DNA from: Pasteurella multocida
GTDB lineage: Bacteria; Pseudomonadota; Gammaproteobacteria; Enterobacterales; Pasteurellaceae
DNA length: 32,000 nucleotides
Direction of reading: 5' to 3'
Assembly: GCF_900187275.1 (NCBI RefSeq)
Contig: NZ_LT906458.1
Coordinates: 480,001 to 512,000, forward strand
Shown piece after piece: positions 22,773 to 32,000 of this stretch. The notes under the pieces were generated by a model. The model did not search any database and was not told the DNA's origin. It worked only from the letters and a program-made list of their open reading frames with translations. Both the position numbers and the translations under genes were made by a program. The stretch's first letter is position 1; each line of letters opens with the position of its first letter.

Positions 22773-24083
22773 ATGGAAAATCAATCTTTTCTTCATCGTT
22801 TTTTTAAATTGACTGAGAAAAAAACAACCTTAAAAACAGAAATTATTGCCGGTATCACCACCTTTTTTACTATGGTGTATATTGTTTTTGTTAACCCGTC
22901 TATTTTGGGCGACGCAGGCATGGATAAACAAGTCGTATTTGTCACGACCTGTTTAATTGCCGCATTGGGTACTATTGCTATGGGATTGTTTAGCAATCTT
23001 CCTATTGCACTCGCACCCGCCATGGGCTTAAATGCATTTTTTGCTTATGTCGTTGTGGGAAAATTAGGCTATTCTTGGCAAATTGGTATGGGTACTATTT
23101 TTTGGGGATCGCTCGGTCTATTGGTATTAACTATTTTCCAAATTCGTTATTGGCTCATGGCATCGATTCCGTTGGGATTGCGTGTGGGAATTGGTGCAGG
23201 AATTGGTTTATTCATTGCTCTGATTGGTTTTAAAAATATGGGACTGGTGATAGCTAACCCTGTCACATTAGTTGCATTAGGTCATTTACATGATCCTAAA
23301 GTCCTTCTCGGTATTTTAGGTTTCTTTATTATCGTGGTCTTAGCTGCACGTAATATTTATTCTGGTGTGTTAGTGTCGATTGCGGTTGTGACCGGTTTAG
23401 CCTTTTTTATTGACCCTAATGTGACATTTAATGGGATCATGTCTATGCCACCAAGTTTAAGTACGGTCGTTGGTAAAGTGGATATTGCGGGAGCATTAGA
23501 TACAGCGTTACTGGGCATTATTTTCTCTTTCTTGCTGGTCAATTTATTTGACTCATCAGGCACATTACTCGGTGTAACCGATAAAGCGGGCTTTAGTGAT
23601 GAACGTGGGCGTTTCCCTAAAATGAAACAAGCGCTTTATGTGGATAGTGTAAGTGCTGTAGCAGGGTCTTATATGGGGACTTCCGCCATCAGTACTTATA
23701 TTGAAAGTGGCGCCGGTGTGTCAGTCGGAGGACGTACCGGATTAACTGCAATTACCGTTGGCGTATTATTCTTATTAACCATTTTCTTTTCGCCTTTAGC
23801 CAGTGTGGTGCCAGCTTATGCTACAGCAGGAGCATTGGTGTATGTTGGAATTTTAATGGCATCTAGCTTGATTCGTGTTAAATGGGAAGATTTAACAGAA
23901 GCGACGCCTGCTTTTATTACGGCTGCCATGATGCCATTTACCTATTCGATTACAGAAGGGATTGCATTTGGTTTTATTAGCTATTGTGTCATGAAAGCCT
24001 GTACCGGTCGTGTGAAAGAAATCAATGCGCCAGTTTGGGTGGTGTCTTTACTGTTTTTGATTAAATTTATTTGGGTAGGTTAA
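22773..24083 (+). CDS. NCS2/AzgA-family purine (adenine/hypoxanthine/guanine) permease
   Basis: From MENQSF: FKL.EKKTTLKTEIIAGITTFFTMVYIVFVNPSILGDAGMDKQ.VFVTTCLIAA.G.I.MGLF.NLPIALAPAMGLNAFFAYVVV is colinear with E. coli PurP/YicO-type permeases. The track start at 22662 adds 37 non-homologous residues. Confidence 0.85.
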   Translation: MENQSFLHRFFKLTEKKTTLKTEIIAGITTFFTMVYIVFVNPSILGDAGMDKQVVFVTTCLIAALGTIAMGLFSNLPIALAPAMGLNAFFAYVVVGKLGYSWQIGMGTIFWGSLGLLVLTIFQIRYWLMASIPLGLRVGIGAGIGLFIALIGFKNMGLVIANPVTLVALGHLHDPKVLLGILGFFIIVVLAARNIYSGVLVSIAVVTGLAFFIDPNVTFNGIMSMPPSLSTVVGKVDIAGALDTALLGIIFSFLLVNLFDSSGTLLGVTDKAGFSDERGRFPKMKQALYVDSVSAVAGSYMGTSAISTYIESGAGVSVGGRTGLTAITVGVLFLLTIFFSPLASVVPAYATAGALVYVGILMASSLIRVKWEDLTEATPAFITAAMMPFTYSITEGIAFGFISYCVMKACTGRVKEINAPVWVVSLLFLIKFIWVG

Positions 24084-24442
24084 TGATGAAAAAATTCCTT
24101 TTTATTATTAGTGCTGCCCCTTATGGTAATGAAAGTTTTTTTAGTGCCTTACGTTTAGCCTTACAGTTACAAGAGCAACACAAAAGTGCGGTTGAGATTA
24201 AATTATTTTTAATGTCCGATGCGGTAACTGGAGGTCTGGCAAAACAAAATCCAGCAGAAGGCTACCATTTACAACAAGCGTTGGAAATTCTCACAGCACA
24301 AGGTGCACAAGTGAAGTTGTGTAAAACTTGTACTAATGCGAGGGGGATCTCGGAACTCCCTTTAGCCGAAGGAGTAGAAATTGGTACCTTATCTGAGCTT
24401 GCAGATTGGACCTTTGCGGCGGATAACGTCTTAAACTTTTAA
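24083..24442 (+). CDS. ychN: DsrE/YchN-family protein
   Basis: MMKKFLFIISAAPYGNESFFSALRLALQLQE....E.KLFLMSDAVTGGL..Q.P.EGY..QQ.LEILTAQG..VKLCKTCT.ARGIS.LPL..GVEIGTL.ELA.WT..AD.VL.F is colinear with E. coli YchN. The ATG overlaps the permease stop (TAATG). Confidence 0.85.
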   Translation: MMKKFLFIISAAPYGNESFFSALRLALQLQEQHKSAVEIKLFLMSDAVTGGLAKQNPAEGYHLQQALEILTAQGAQVKLCKTCTNARGISELPLAEGVEIGTLSELADWTFAADNVLNF

Positions 24443-24446
24443 GTGA

Positions 24447-24478
24447 AAAAGTGCGGTAAACTAGACCGCACTTTTCTT
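24447..24478 (+). terminator. USS inverted-pair terminator after ychN
   Basis: AAAAGTGCGGT-aaactag-ACCGCACTTTTCTT: both arms are exact USS cores. Confidence 0.85.
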
Positions 24479-24502
24479 ATCTTTGATTGATAGCGAGAAA
24501 AT

Positions 24503-27500
24503 ATGATGGATACAGCTGTTCTCAACCCCGTAACTCTACCGTTAAATAAAGTGTGTTTGATTGAAGCCTCCGCAGGGACAGGGAAAACCTATACGATTGG
24601 TTCGCTTTATTTGCGCTTATTATTGCAAGCCGGGGAAAACAGCTTTTCCCAGCCGTTAACGGTTGAACAGATTTTAGTGGTCACTTTTACGGAAGCCGCG
24701 ACAGAAGAACTGAAAGGGCGAATTCGAGAGCGTATTCATCAAGCCAAAAAAGCCTTGATCGCGTATCAAGAGCAAGGTGAACAAGCCTTGCAAGATGATC
24801 CTTTTTTGTTAGCATGTCTTGCTTCAATTTCCGATCTTGATCTGGCGATTCAACGTTTAACTATCGCAGAACAGACCATGGATCTTGCGGCGATTTATAC
24901 GATTCATGGTTTTTGTCGTCGTATGTTGATGCAATATGCCTTTCATTCGCGAGTTCATTTCAATCTTACTTTAAACAAAGATGAAACAGCGTTACTTGAG
25001 CGTTTGTTTAAAGCGTTTTGGCGTGAACATTTTTATTCACAGCCGTTTTTGGTTGCCAATTATATTCACCAAACGCTAGGTTCCCCCCAAGCAGTATTTT
25101 CTGAGCTACGCCAATATATTGCACAAGATTTACAGGTTGAACCGGCATATCAAGCGTGGCTGGCGATGCCATTGCAAGATTTTTTACAACAACATATCGC
25201 ACCACAACAACAAAATATCCAGCGATTAAAACAACAATGGCTTGCACAGGAAGCAGAAATTCAAGCATTGATATTGGCGGAGTTAGAGAAAACCTATCCG
25301 AAAGGGGAAAAGAAAAGACTCAAACGTACCACTTTTAAAAAGCCAAATGTCCTCAATTGGTTTAAAGTCATTCATGAGTGGGCAACCTCGCCATTGGTCA
25401 GTGGATTAAATGATAAGTTAAGTAAATATTTTAGCCAAAGTGCGTTAAATACTTACGCAGAAGAAGGGGCAACACCGTTGAGCCATCCTGTTTTTGCGTT
25501 AGTCGAAGAAGTCAATGCACAACTTGACGTTCAGCCTTTTTACGCAAAATTATTACGCTATTATTATTTACGTGGTGTGCAACAGACCTTGATTGCGTAT
25601 AAAGCGCAGCATACAGAGAAAAATTTTGACGATTTATTGCGTTTGTTACGTGACGCACTTTATTCAGCGCAAGGCGAAGAACTTGCACAGTTTATTCGCG
25701 TGCAGTATCCCTTTGCGATGATCGATGAGTTCCAAGACACCGATGCTCAGCAATATCATATTTTCTCCAAGATTTACTTGCACCAACAAACCACAGAAAA
25801 TGGTTTCATTATGATTGGCGATCCTAAGCAGGCCATTTACAAATTCCGTGGTGCGGATATTTTCACCTATTTTCAAGCGGCAGAACAAGCGGATGCTCGA
25901 TTTACATTAGGCACGAACTGGCGTTCGGAACAACGTTTAGTGAATGCTGTCAACAGTTTATTTCAGTTTGAACAAGGCTTACCTTTTTTATATCCGCAAA
26001 TTCAATTTCTGCCTGTCGCAGCTTGCCAAAATAAGCCAACATTCTGGTTAAATGGGCAACAAGAACCTCCATTCCGTTGTTATGTGGGGGATGTTGGGGT
26101 TGCCAAAAAAGCCAGTGGGAACCTGACTTCAGCCCAAAAGCAAACGTTAGCGACGATTTGTGCTCGTTCGATTCAACAGTGGTTACAAAGTGCGGTTCAA
26201 CATAACGCAATTTTTTATTCTGCCGAGGCAAAACAAGAGGAAGAAAAAAGACAACCTTTGCGCGCGGAAAAAATTGCAGTGTTGGTAAAAGATTGGAAAG
26301 AAGCGTCATTTGTCAGCGAGGCGTTACAAAAAGTAGGTATTGCGTCGGTTTATTTATCGGATAAAAGTAACGTATTTGATTGCCATGAGGCGAAAGAATT
26401 AGCCTTGATTTTAACCGCATGTTTACATCCTTTTAGTGAGCGCAATATTTTAAACGCCATTGCGACGCGTATTTTTGCCTTAACCACACGTGAAATCAGT
26501 GAGATTAAACAAGATGAGCAACGTTGGACACAGGTCGTTGAGCGATTTGTGAATTACCAACGGATTTGGCAATGGCAAGGGATTTTAGTGATGTTGCATC
26601 GCCTTTTCCTAGATGAAAAAATCATGGAAAAATTGTTAAGTCAAGTAGGCGGTGAGCGTCAAACAACGGATTTATTGCATCTTGCTGAATTGTTGCAAGA
26701 AGCGAGTACTTTGAATGAAAGTGCGGCGAGTTTATTGCGCTGGTTTGAGAAGCAAATTCAAGGTGAAAATCGCCAAGAGGAGCAACAAATTCGCTTGGAA
26801 AGTGAGCGTCAGCTTGTCAAAATTGTGACGATCCATAAGTCGAAAGGGTTGGAATATGATTTAGTCTGGTTACCATTTATTGCGGATGCACCAAAACCGA
26901 ATCGCGCGTTGCTTGATACTTATTACCATCACGAAAAACAGCAGGTACTTTGGGATCTCAACGAAACACATCAAACTGAGATTGAACAAGAACAACGTGC
27001 GGAAGCTATGCGTTTGTTTTATGTTGCCTTAACTCGCGCAAAATACCAAGTTGCTATGGCGCTACCTGAAACCTTTGTCAGTCATTGGAATTGCTTACAA
27101 TATGTGTTAACCCAAGGCGCAATGACACAAACTGATGTCCGTGCGGCACTGACTGCATTCCAGCAACGTGTTGTCTATCCCGATGTTAAGATTCAGGTGG
27201 AGGAATTTGAGGCATTACCGATTCATCTGAGCACTAGCATAAAAGAGAATAGCGCGGATCAGGTGCTACAATGTGCAGAATTTCATGGCAATATTGAACG
27301 TAATTGGCAAGTGACTAGCTTTAGCGCGATCAGTGCATTGCATGAAAAAACAATGCAGTTACTCACACAGGCAGAGGAAGAAAAAACGCCGGATGTGTCA
27401 TTCTTGCTCGATCATAAAGATTATGATGTTTCGTTAGGACGCAATGTTGCACTCGGACCTGTGGCGGAGATGGCGGGGTATAGCAAAGGCTATACGCCTT

Positions 27501-28195
27501 TTGATTTTCCAGCCGGTACAATGGTTGGTAAAGTACTGCACCGTTATTTTGAAAAATTCCCTTTAGATCAACCCGTGGACAGAGCAGCGGTGGCTCAAAT
27601 GTGTCAGGCATTGCAATTAGAGGAAACATGGCTTGAACCCTTGCAGACATGGCTCACAACCATTTTAAACACGCCATTATTACGCGAACACCCAGTAACT
27701 TTATCTGCTCTCAGCGCACAGGATTGCATAAAAGAAATGGAATTTTATTTGAAATTTGAGCATGAATTTCAAGCACATAAATTTAATCAATTGTTACAAA
27801 AATACCGTTTTATTTCAGCACCATTACAATTACACACCCTTAAACAAGGTATAAAAGGGTTGTTGCGTGGCTTTATTGATCTGGTTTTCCGCTATGATGG
27901 ACAGTATTATCTGTTGGATTATAAATCGAATAAATTGGGAACTTCTCCTTCGGACTATACACCCGCGCATTTACAGCAGGTCATGCTGGAACAACATTAT
28001 GACTGGCAGTATTTATTTTATACTTTGGCGCTACATCGTTATTTAACCTTGCGTGATCCTCATTATCAGTATGCAACCCATTTTGGTGGTGTCTTGTACA
28101 CCTTTTTACGTGGCATGAATGGAAAGGATCAACAGGGGATCTCTTTTCATAAGCCAGATGCTAATTTGATTCAAGAATTAGAGGAGCTTTTTTAA
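24503..28195 (+). CDS. recB: exodeoxyribonuclease V beta subunit RecB
   Basis: 1230 aa. Walker A is IEASAGTGKTYTI, followed by the UvrD-type helicase motifs (MIDEFQDTD, GDPKQAIY.FRGADI, VTIHKSKGLEYD). The C-terminal nuclease domain has GFIDLVF...YYLLDYKSN. Confidence 0.95.
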   Translation: MMDTAVLNPVTLPLNKVCLIEASAGTGKTYTIGSLYLRLLLQAGENSFSQPLTVEQILVVTFTEAATEELKGRIRERIHQAKKALIAYQEQGEQALQDDPFLLACLASISDLDLAIQRLTIAEQTMDLAAIYTIHGFCRRMLMQYAFHSRVHFNLTLNKDETALLERLFKAFWREHFYSQPFLVANYIHQTLGSPQAVFSELRQYIAQDLQVEPAYQAWLAMPLQDFLQQHIAPQQQNIQRLKQQWLAQEAEIQALILAELEKTYPKGEKKRLKRTTFKKPNVLNWFKVIHEWATSPLVSGLNDKLSKYFSQSALNTYAEEGATPLSHPVFALVEEVNAQLDVQPFYAKLLRYYYLRGVQQTLIAYKAQHTEKNFDDLLRLLRDALYSAQGEELAQFIRVQYPFAMIDEFQDTDAQQYHIFSKIYLHQQTTENGFIMIGDPKQAIYKFRGADIFTYFQAAEQADARFTLGTNWRSEQRLVNAVNSLFQFEQGLPFLYPQIQFLPVAACQNKPTFWLNGQQEPPFRCYVGDVGVAKKASGNLTSAQKQTLATICARSIQQWLQSAVQHNAIFYSAEAKQEEEKRQPLRAEKIAVLVKDWKEASFVSEALQKVGIASVYLSDKSNVFDCHEAKELALILTACLHPFSERNILNAIATRIFALTTREISEIKQDEQRWTQVVERFVNYQRIWQWQGILVMLHRLFLDEKIMEKLLSQVGGERQTTDLLHLAELLQEASTLNESAASLLRWFEKQIQGENRQEEQQIRLESERQLVKIVTIHKSKGLEYDLVWLPFIADAPKPNRALLDTYYHHEKQQVLWDLNETHQTEIEQEQRAEAMRLFYVALTRAKYQVAMALPETFVSHWNCLQYVLTQGAMTQTDVRAALTAFQQRVVYPDVKIQVEEFEALPIHLSTSIKENSADQVLQCAEFHGNIERNWQVTSFSAISALHEKTMQLLTQAEEEKTPDVSFLLDHKDYDVSLGRNVALGPVAEMAGYSKGYTPFDFPAGTMVGKVLHRYFEKFPLDQPVDRAAVAQMCQALQLEETWLEPLQTWLTTILNTPLLREHPVTLSALSAQDCIKEMEFYLKFEHEFQAHKFNQLLQKYRFISAPLQLHTLKQGIKGLLRGFIDLVFRYDGQYYLLDYKSNKLGTSPSDYTPAHLQQVMLEQHYDWQYLFYTLALHRYLTLRDPHYQYATHFGGVLYTFLRGMNGKDQQGISFHKPDANLIQELEELF

Positions 28196-30168
28196 TGCTT
28201 GCTACCTTAAAAGAATTAAAACAACACAAGGTGATCAGTGAAGGAGATTACTACTTTGCGCAATTGATCGCGGGTAAGCAACCAGATGAACTGTCGCGGG
28301 AACAGAAAAATTTAGCCATATTGCTTGCCGCACTTTGTAGTTACAGCTATCAACAAGGCAATACTTGCTTATTTCTAGAGAAAGGGCTGGAATCTAATTA
28401 TTTTAATTTGGCTTATCGAACAGCAGAGCAGCATTATCTCCATATTATTCAAGAAAAAATTGCTTTTCTACCGATTGAATGTTGGCAATCAAGCTTGGCG
28501 GATCATATAGCGTTTACAGCAACGCCGCTGGAAAAAGTCGCCCCTTTAGTGTTTCAGTTTAATGCGCTTTATTTTTATCGTATCTGGCAAGATGAATACC
28601 GAGTTGCTCATTATCTTCAACGTGCAGTACAGCGGGGGGCTGAGACAGCGCCTATTGCTTATGAGCAAATCAACGCGATCTTAATGCACTATTTTCCTGC
28701 GGTACAGCAAATAGAAGGGGTGAATTGGCAAAAAGTAGCAGTAGCGACCGCGTTAAAACAACCATTTTGTTTGATTACAGGTGGTCCAGGAACAGGGAAA
28801 ACCACTACTGTCGCACGTTTACTCTTGGCGTTACAGACACTTTCTGCGTGTCAGCTTAAGATTAAGTTAGTTGCACCTACAGGCAAAGCGGCAGCACGCT
28901 TGACGGAGTCAATTAATGGTGCGTTAACGCGTTTAGCACAAGAAAATATGGCGATCTGTGCCGATTTAATTGCCTCTATTCCGACTACAGCGCAGACCTT
29001 ACATCGTTTATTGGGCATACGTTTTTTTGAAGAAACACCCACCTTTCATCCAAACAATCCATTGCCATTGGATGTATTGGTGGTCGATGAGGCGTCTATG
29101 ATTGACTTGCCATTAATGGCGAAATTATTACAGGCACTCAAACCGAATACCAAATTAATTTTGCTTGGAGATGAAAATCAATTGTCTCCTGTGGAAGCAG
29201 GGGAAATGTTGGGAGCGTTGTCTGAATTTTCTCAACACGCCTATAGTCCTACGTTAACCCAGTATTTAAAAGCAGTGGCGGATATTGAGTTAATTTCGTC
29301 AGATCAAGGTTCCCCGTTGCGTGATCATTTATGCCGTTTGCATCATAGTCATCGTTTTTCGGGGGATTCTGGGATTGGACAATTAGCGCAGGCGATTAAT
29401 CAAGGCAATGTTGAGGTAAGTTGGAACGCATTTACCCATTTTAATGATATCGAAATGGTGGATTTTGATCAGGTTGCCTTATTAAAAGGAGATAACCCGA
29501 GTTTATATAGCCAAGCGTGTGCAGCGTTAGTGGTAAAAAGTGCGGTTGAAAAATACACAGATTATTTAGTGAAACTGAAAGCATTACAACAACAGTCACC
29601 TATACTGAATGAACAACAAGTTGGAGAAATTTTTGTCTTGTTTAATGCGGTTCGTTTCTTAACAGCATTACGCGTTGGAGAGCTAGGGGTAGAACAGCTA
29701 AATCAGAAAATCGCGCAACGCTTACAACAAAAAGGCTTACTTGATTTTAAACACGAACGCGATTGGTATTTAGGTAAACCAATTATGATCCAGCAAAATG
29801 ATCGCCATATTGGCTTATATAATGGCGACATTGGCTTATTTTTAGGACAAGGTAAAGTCTGGTTTGAGCAGGGACAAGGGCATTATAAAACTGTGCTCGC
29901 TAGCCGTGTGCCAAACTATGAGACCGCGTTTGTGATGACGGTACATAAATCACAAGGGTCTGAGTTTGCGCACACGTGTTTGGTATTACCGACCGAACCT
30001 AACCCGATTTTATCACGTGAATTGATTTATACAGGCGTGACACGTGCGAAACAGCAATTAACCGTTTTTTCAAGTGCCGAAATTTGGAAAAGTGCGGTGA
30101 AAAATCCAGTAAAAAGACAAAGTGGCTTGAACCAATTGTTAGTTGAATTATTTAACAAATCTGATTAG
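28195..30168 (+). CDS. recD: exodeoxyribonuclease V alpha subunit RecD
   Basis: ITGGPGTGKTTTV (Walker A), LVVDEASMIDL (Walker B), MTVHKSQGSEF and YTGVTRAK. The ATG overlaps the recB stop (TAATG). Confidence 0.95.
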   Translation: MLATLKELKQHKVISEGDYYFAQLIAGKQPDELSREQKNLAILLAALCSYSYQQGNTCLFLEKGLESNYFNLAYRTAEQHYLHIIQEKIAFLPIECWQSSLADHIAFTATPLEKVAPLVFQFNALYFYRIWQDEYRVAHYLQRAVQRGAETAPIAYEQINAILMHYFPAVQQIEGVNWQKVAVATALKQPFCLITGGPGTGKTTTVARLLLALQTLSACQLKIKLVAPTGKAAARLTESINGALTRLAQENMAICADLIASIPTTAQTLHRLLGIRFFEETPTFHPNNPLPLDVLVVDEASMIDLPLMAKLLQALKPNTKLILLGDENQLSPVEAGEMLGALSEFSQHAYSPTLTQYLKAVADIELISSDQGSPLRDHLCRLHHSHRFSGDSGIGQLAQAINQGNVEVSWNAFTHFNDIEMVDFDQVALLKGDNPSLYSQACAALVVKSAVEKYTDYLVKLKALQQQSPILNEQQVGEIFVLFNAVRFLTALRVGELGVEQLNQKIAQRLQQKGLLDFKHERDWYLGKPIMIQQNDRHIGLYNGDIGLFLGQGKVWFEQGQGHYKTVLASRVPNYETAFVMTVHKSQGSEFAHTCLVLPTEPNPILSRELIYTGVTRAKQQLTVFSSAEIWKSAVKNPVKRQSGLNQLLVELFNKSD

Positions 30169-30204
30169 AGTAAACTATTTCATGTAAATTAAAAGGAGTA
30201 AAAA

Positions 30205-30852
30205 ATGGAACTCTATGTTTATGATCATTGCCCTTATTGTGTCCGTGCGATGATGATTTTTGGCTTAAAGAACATACCCTTCAAAAAACATGTTCTGTTA
30301 AATGATGATGAAGAAACCCCAATTCGTTTAGTGGGAAAAAAAATGGTGCCTATTTTAGTGAAAGAAGACGGTACTGCCATGCCAGAAAGCTTAGATATTG
30401 TGAAATACATTGACGCACATTACGGGGAAGCGATTTTACAGACAGCGGTTCGTCCAGAAATTGAGGCATTGTTAGCGGAAATCACGAGTTATTCTAATTA
30501 TTTATTGATGCCACGTTTCGTAAAACTGGACTTGGCGGAATTTGCTACGCAAAGTGCGATTGATTATTTCACCAAAAAGAAAACCGACTATGTGGGTGAT
30601 TTTACGCAACATTTCAATAATACGCCGACTTATCTTGCACGTTTAACACAAGATCTTGAAAAATTATCTGCGCTCGTAATGGGGGAAACTTCATTAAATC
30701 AGCATTTGTCATTCGAAGATATTTTAGTTTTTCCGTTGCTGAGAAACTTAACTTGTGTCAAAGGACTTCGCTTTCCTGCGCGCCTAGAAAAGTATATCAA
30801 ACGTTTGTCCGAATTGAGTAAAGTTGAACTCTACACTTCACAGGCAATTTAA
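30205..30852 (+). CDS. grxB: glutaredoxin 2
   Basis: M.LY.YDHCPYC..A.MIFGLKNIP...HVLLNDDEETP.R.VG.K.VPIL.K.D...MPES.DIV.Y.D is colinear with E. coli Grx2, with the CPYC active site. Confidence 0.9.
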   Translation: MELYVYDHCPYCVRAMMIFGLKNIPFKKHVLLNDDEETPIRLVGKKMVPILVKEDGTAMPESLDIVKYIDAHYGEAILQTAVRPEIEALLAEITSYSNYLLMPRFVKLDLAEFATQSAIDYFTKKKTDYVGDFTQHFNNTPTYLARLTQDLEKLSALVMGETSLNQHLSFEDILVFPLLRNLTCVKGLRFPARLEKYIKRLSELSKVELYTSQAI

Positions 30853-30942
30853 TTGGTTAAAAAGGTTGCAATTTTCGCCAAAAATTTTATTCTTGTTGAT
30901 GAGAATTTCGTCTCATGGGAACTTTATAAGAAGGAGAACAAT

Positions 30943-31287
30943 ATGGCATTAGGTTGGTATGAACTGAAATTGGCAAAAGATGGTCAATTTATGTTTAATT
31001 TAAAAGCTGCAAATAGCCAAGTGATTTTAACTAGCGAACTTTATCGTTCACGCTCTGCCGCTGAAAATGGCATTGCATCGGTCCAAAAAAATGGTCTTGA
31101 TGAAAAAAATTTTGAAGTCCGTGTTGCAAAAAACGATAAGCCTTATTTCGTTTTAAAAGCAAAAAATCATCAAGAAATTGGTCGTAGTCAATATTATTCC
31201 TCGTCCGTCTCTGCTAAAAAAGGGATTGTGTCAGTGACCAAAAATGCCGCTTCAACAGTCATTAAAGATTTGACAAGCGAAGCATAA
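30943..31287 (+). CDS. yegP: YegP-family protein (tandem DUF1508)
   Basis: From MALGWYELKLAKDGQFMFNLKAANSQVILTSELYRSRSAAENGIASVQKN there are two DUF1508 repeats. A strong SD AAGGAG lies 6 nt upstream of ATG 30943. The track start at 30853 is rejected. Confidence 0.85.
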   Translation: MALGWYELKLAKDGQFMFNLKAANSQVILTSELYRSRSAAENGIASVQKNGLDEKNFEVRVAKNDKPYFVLKAKNHQEIGRSQYYSSSVSAKKGIVSVTKNAASTVIKDLTSEA

Positions 31288-31295
31288 GCCAATCA

Positions 31296-31340
31296 AACCG
31301 TTTGTGGTGAATCCGTAAGTCGCAGACGGTTTTCTTTTTT
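31296..31340 (+). terminator. probable rho-independent terminator after yegP
   Basis: AACCGTTTG...CAGACGGTT (9-bp stem with one G-U pair, 18-nt loop) followed by TTCTTTTTT. Confidence 0.55.
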
Positions 31341-31364
31341 CCTTTCTCTTGCTTTTTCTGTGGC

Positions 31365-31412
31365 AAAATTTAACAAAAAGTAGTCGCTTTTCCTTTTTTT
31401 CTCGAGTATAAT
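31365..31412 (+). promoter_or_regulatory. candidate rplM-rpsI promoter (A/T-rich UP-like tract, consensus -10 TATAAT, GC-rich discriminator)
   Basis: TATAAT lies at 31407..31412 and is followed by CTTGCGACCC. aaaatttaacaaaaag sits at about -42 to -57. The -35 hexamer is poor (TCGCTT). Confidence 0.4.
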
Positions 31413-31502
31413 CTTGCGACCCTGTGAATGTACTGGATTTCCCACCAGACATTATTTTATCGAGATCACACTCGAAGGGGTGCTTGATTAAGATTCATGG
31501 TT

Positions 31503-31533
31503 GTGTTTATGGGTGAATAAACAACATAAACAC
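31503..31533 (+). promoter_or_regulatory. stem-loop in the rplM 5' leader
   Basis: GTGTTTATG-13 nt-CATAAACAC is a perfect 9-bp stem lying 35 nt upstream of the rplM ATG. Confidence 0.45.
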
Positions 31534-31564
31534 TGGGTATTAATATTATTTTATTGGTAATTAA

Positions 31565-31996
<432 letters not shown>

Positions 31997-32000
31997 TCAC

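Noticed and set aside
31252-31452. 66-aa minus-strand ORF between yegP and rplM
   Set aside because: It spans the yegP terminator and the rplM promoter. Its Lys/Arg-rich translation comes from T-rich DNA, so it is unlikely to be coding.

Overview
The window looks like a Pasteurellaceae chromosome of the Hin-type uptake-signal lineage. The exact USS core AAGTGCGGT/ACCGCACTT occurs at least 15 times, often as terminator hairpins. Both flanks are ordinary core genes. The left flank (1-6.7 kb) carries yqcC-truC-yoaH, cspD, matP, the Lon-like ycbZ, fabA, ybaK and usg. The right flank (14.8-32 kb) carries an elyC-like DUF218 gene, a six-gene tightly coupled LOS/oligosaccharide operon (Wzx flippase, GT52 sialyltransferase, GT25, Wzy/ligase-like protein, two GT2), mltB, a purine permease, ychN, recB-recD, grxB, yegP and rplM. 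The interesting part is an AT-rich accessory island of about 8 kb (about 6.72-14.83 kb) lying exactly between the usg terminator and elyC. It is a co-oriented array of about a dozen cassettes. Each cassette has a degenerate C-terminal toxin fragment followed by an intact small immunity-like ORF. The toxin fragments are WHH/HNH-type nuclease tips (3), EndoU-like fragments (2) and at least 2 unclassified types. The immunity-like ORFs are three SUKH/SMI1-KNR4 paralogs, two lipoprotein paralogs, two paralogs linked to the EndoU fragments and four singletons. Cassettes are delimited by a conserved 40-70 bp junction repeat (6 copies, hairpin plus USS-like core) and by a repeated USS-containing terminator module (3 copies). 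I see no full-length toxin, delivery domain, integrase or transposase in the window. Every toxin remnant is inactivated by a different lesion, while the immunity ORFs stay open. I read this as a polymorphic-toxin orphan-module or poly-immunity island whose parent toxin lies elsewhere or has been lost. The junction repeat is the most novel-looking element. All family assignments come from reading the translations, not from database searches.
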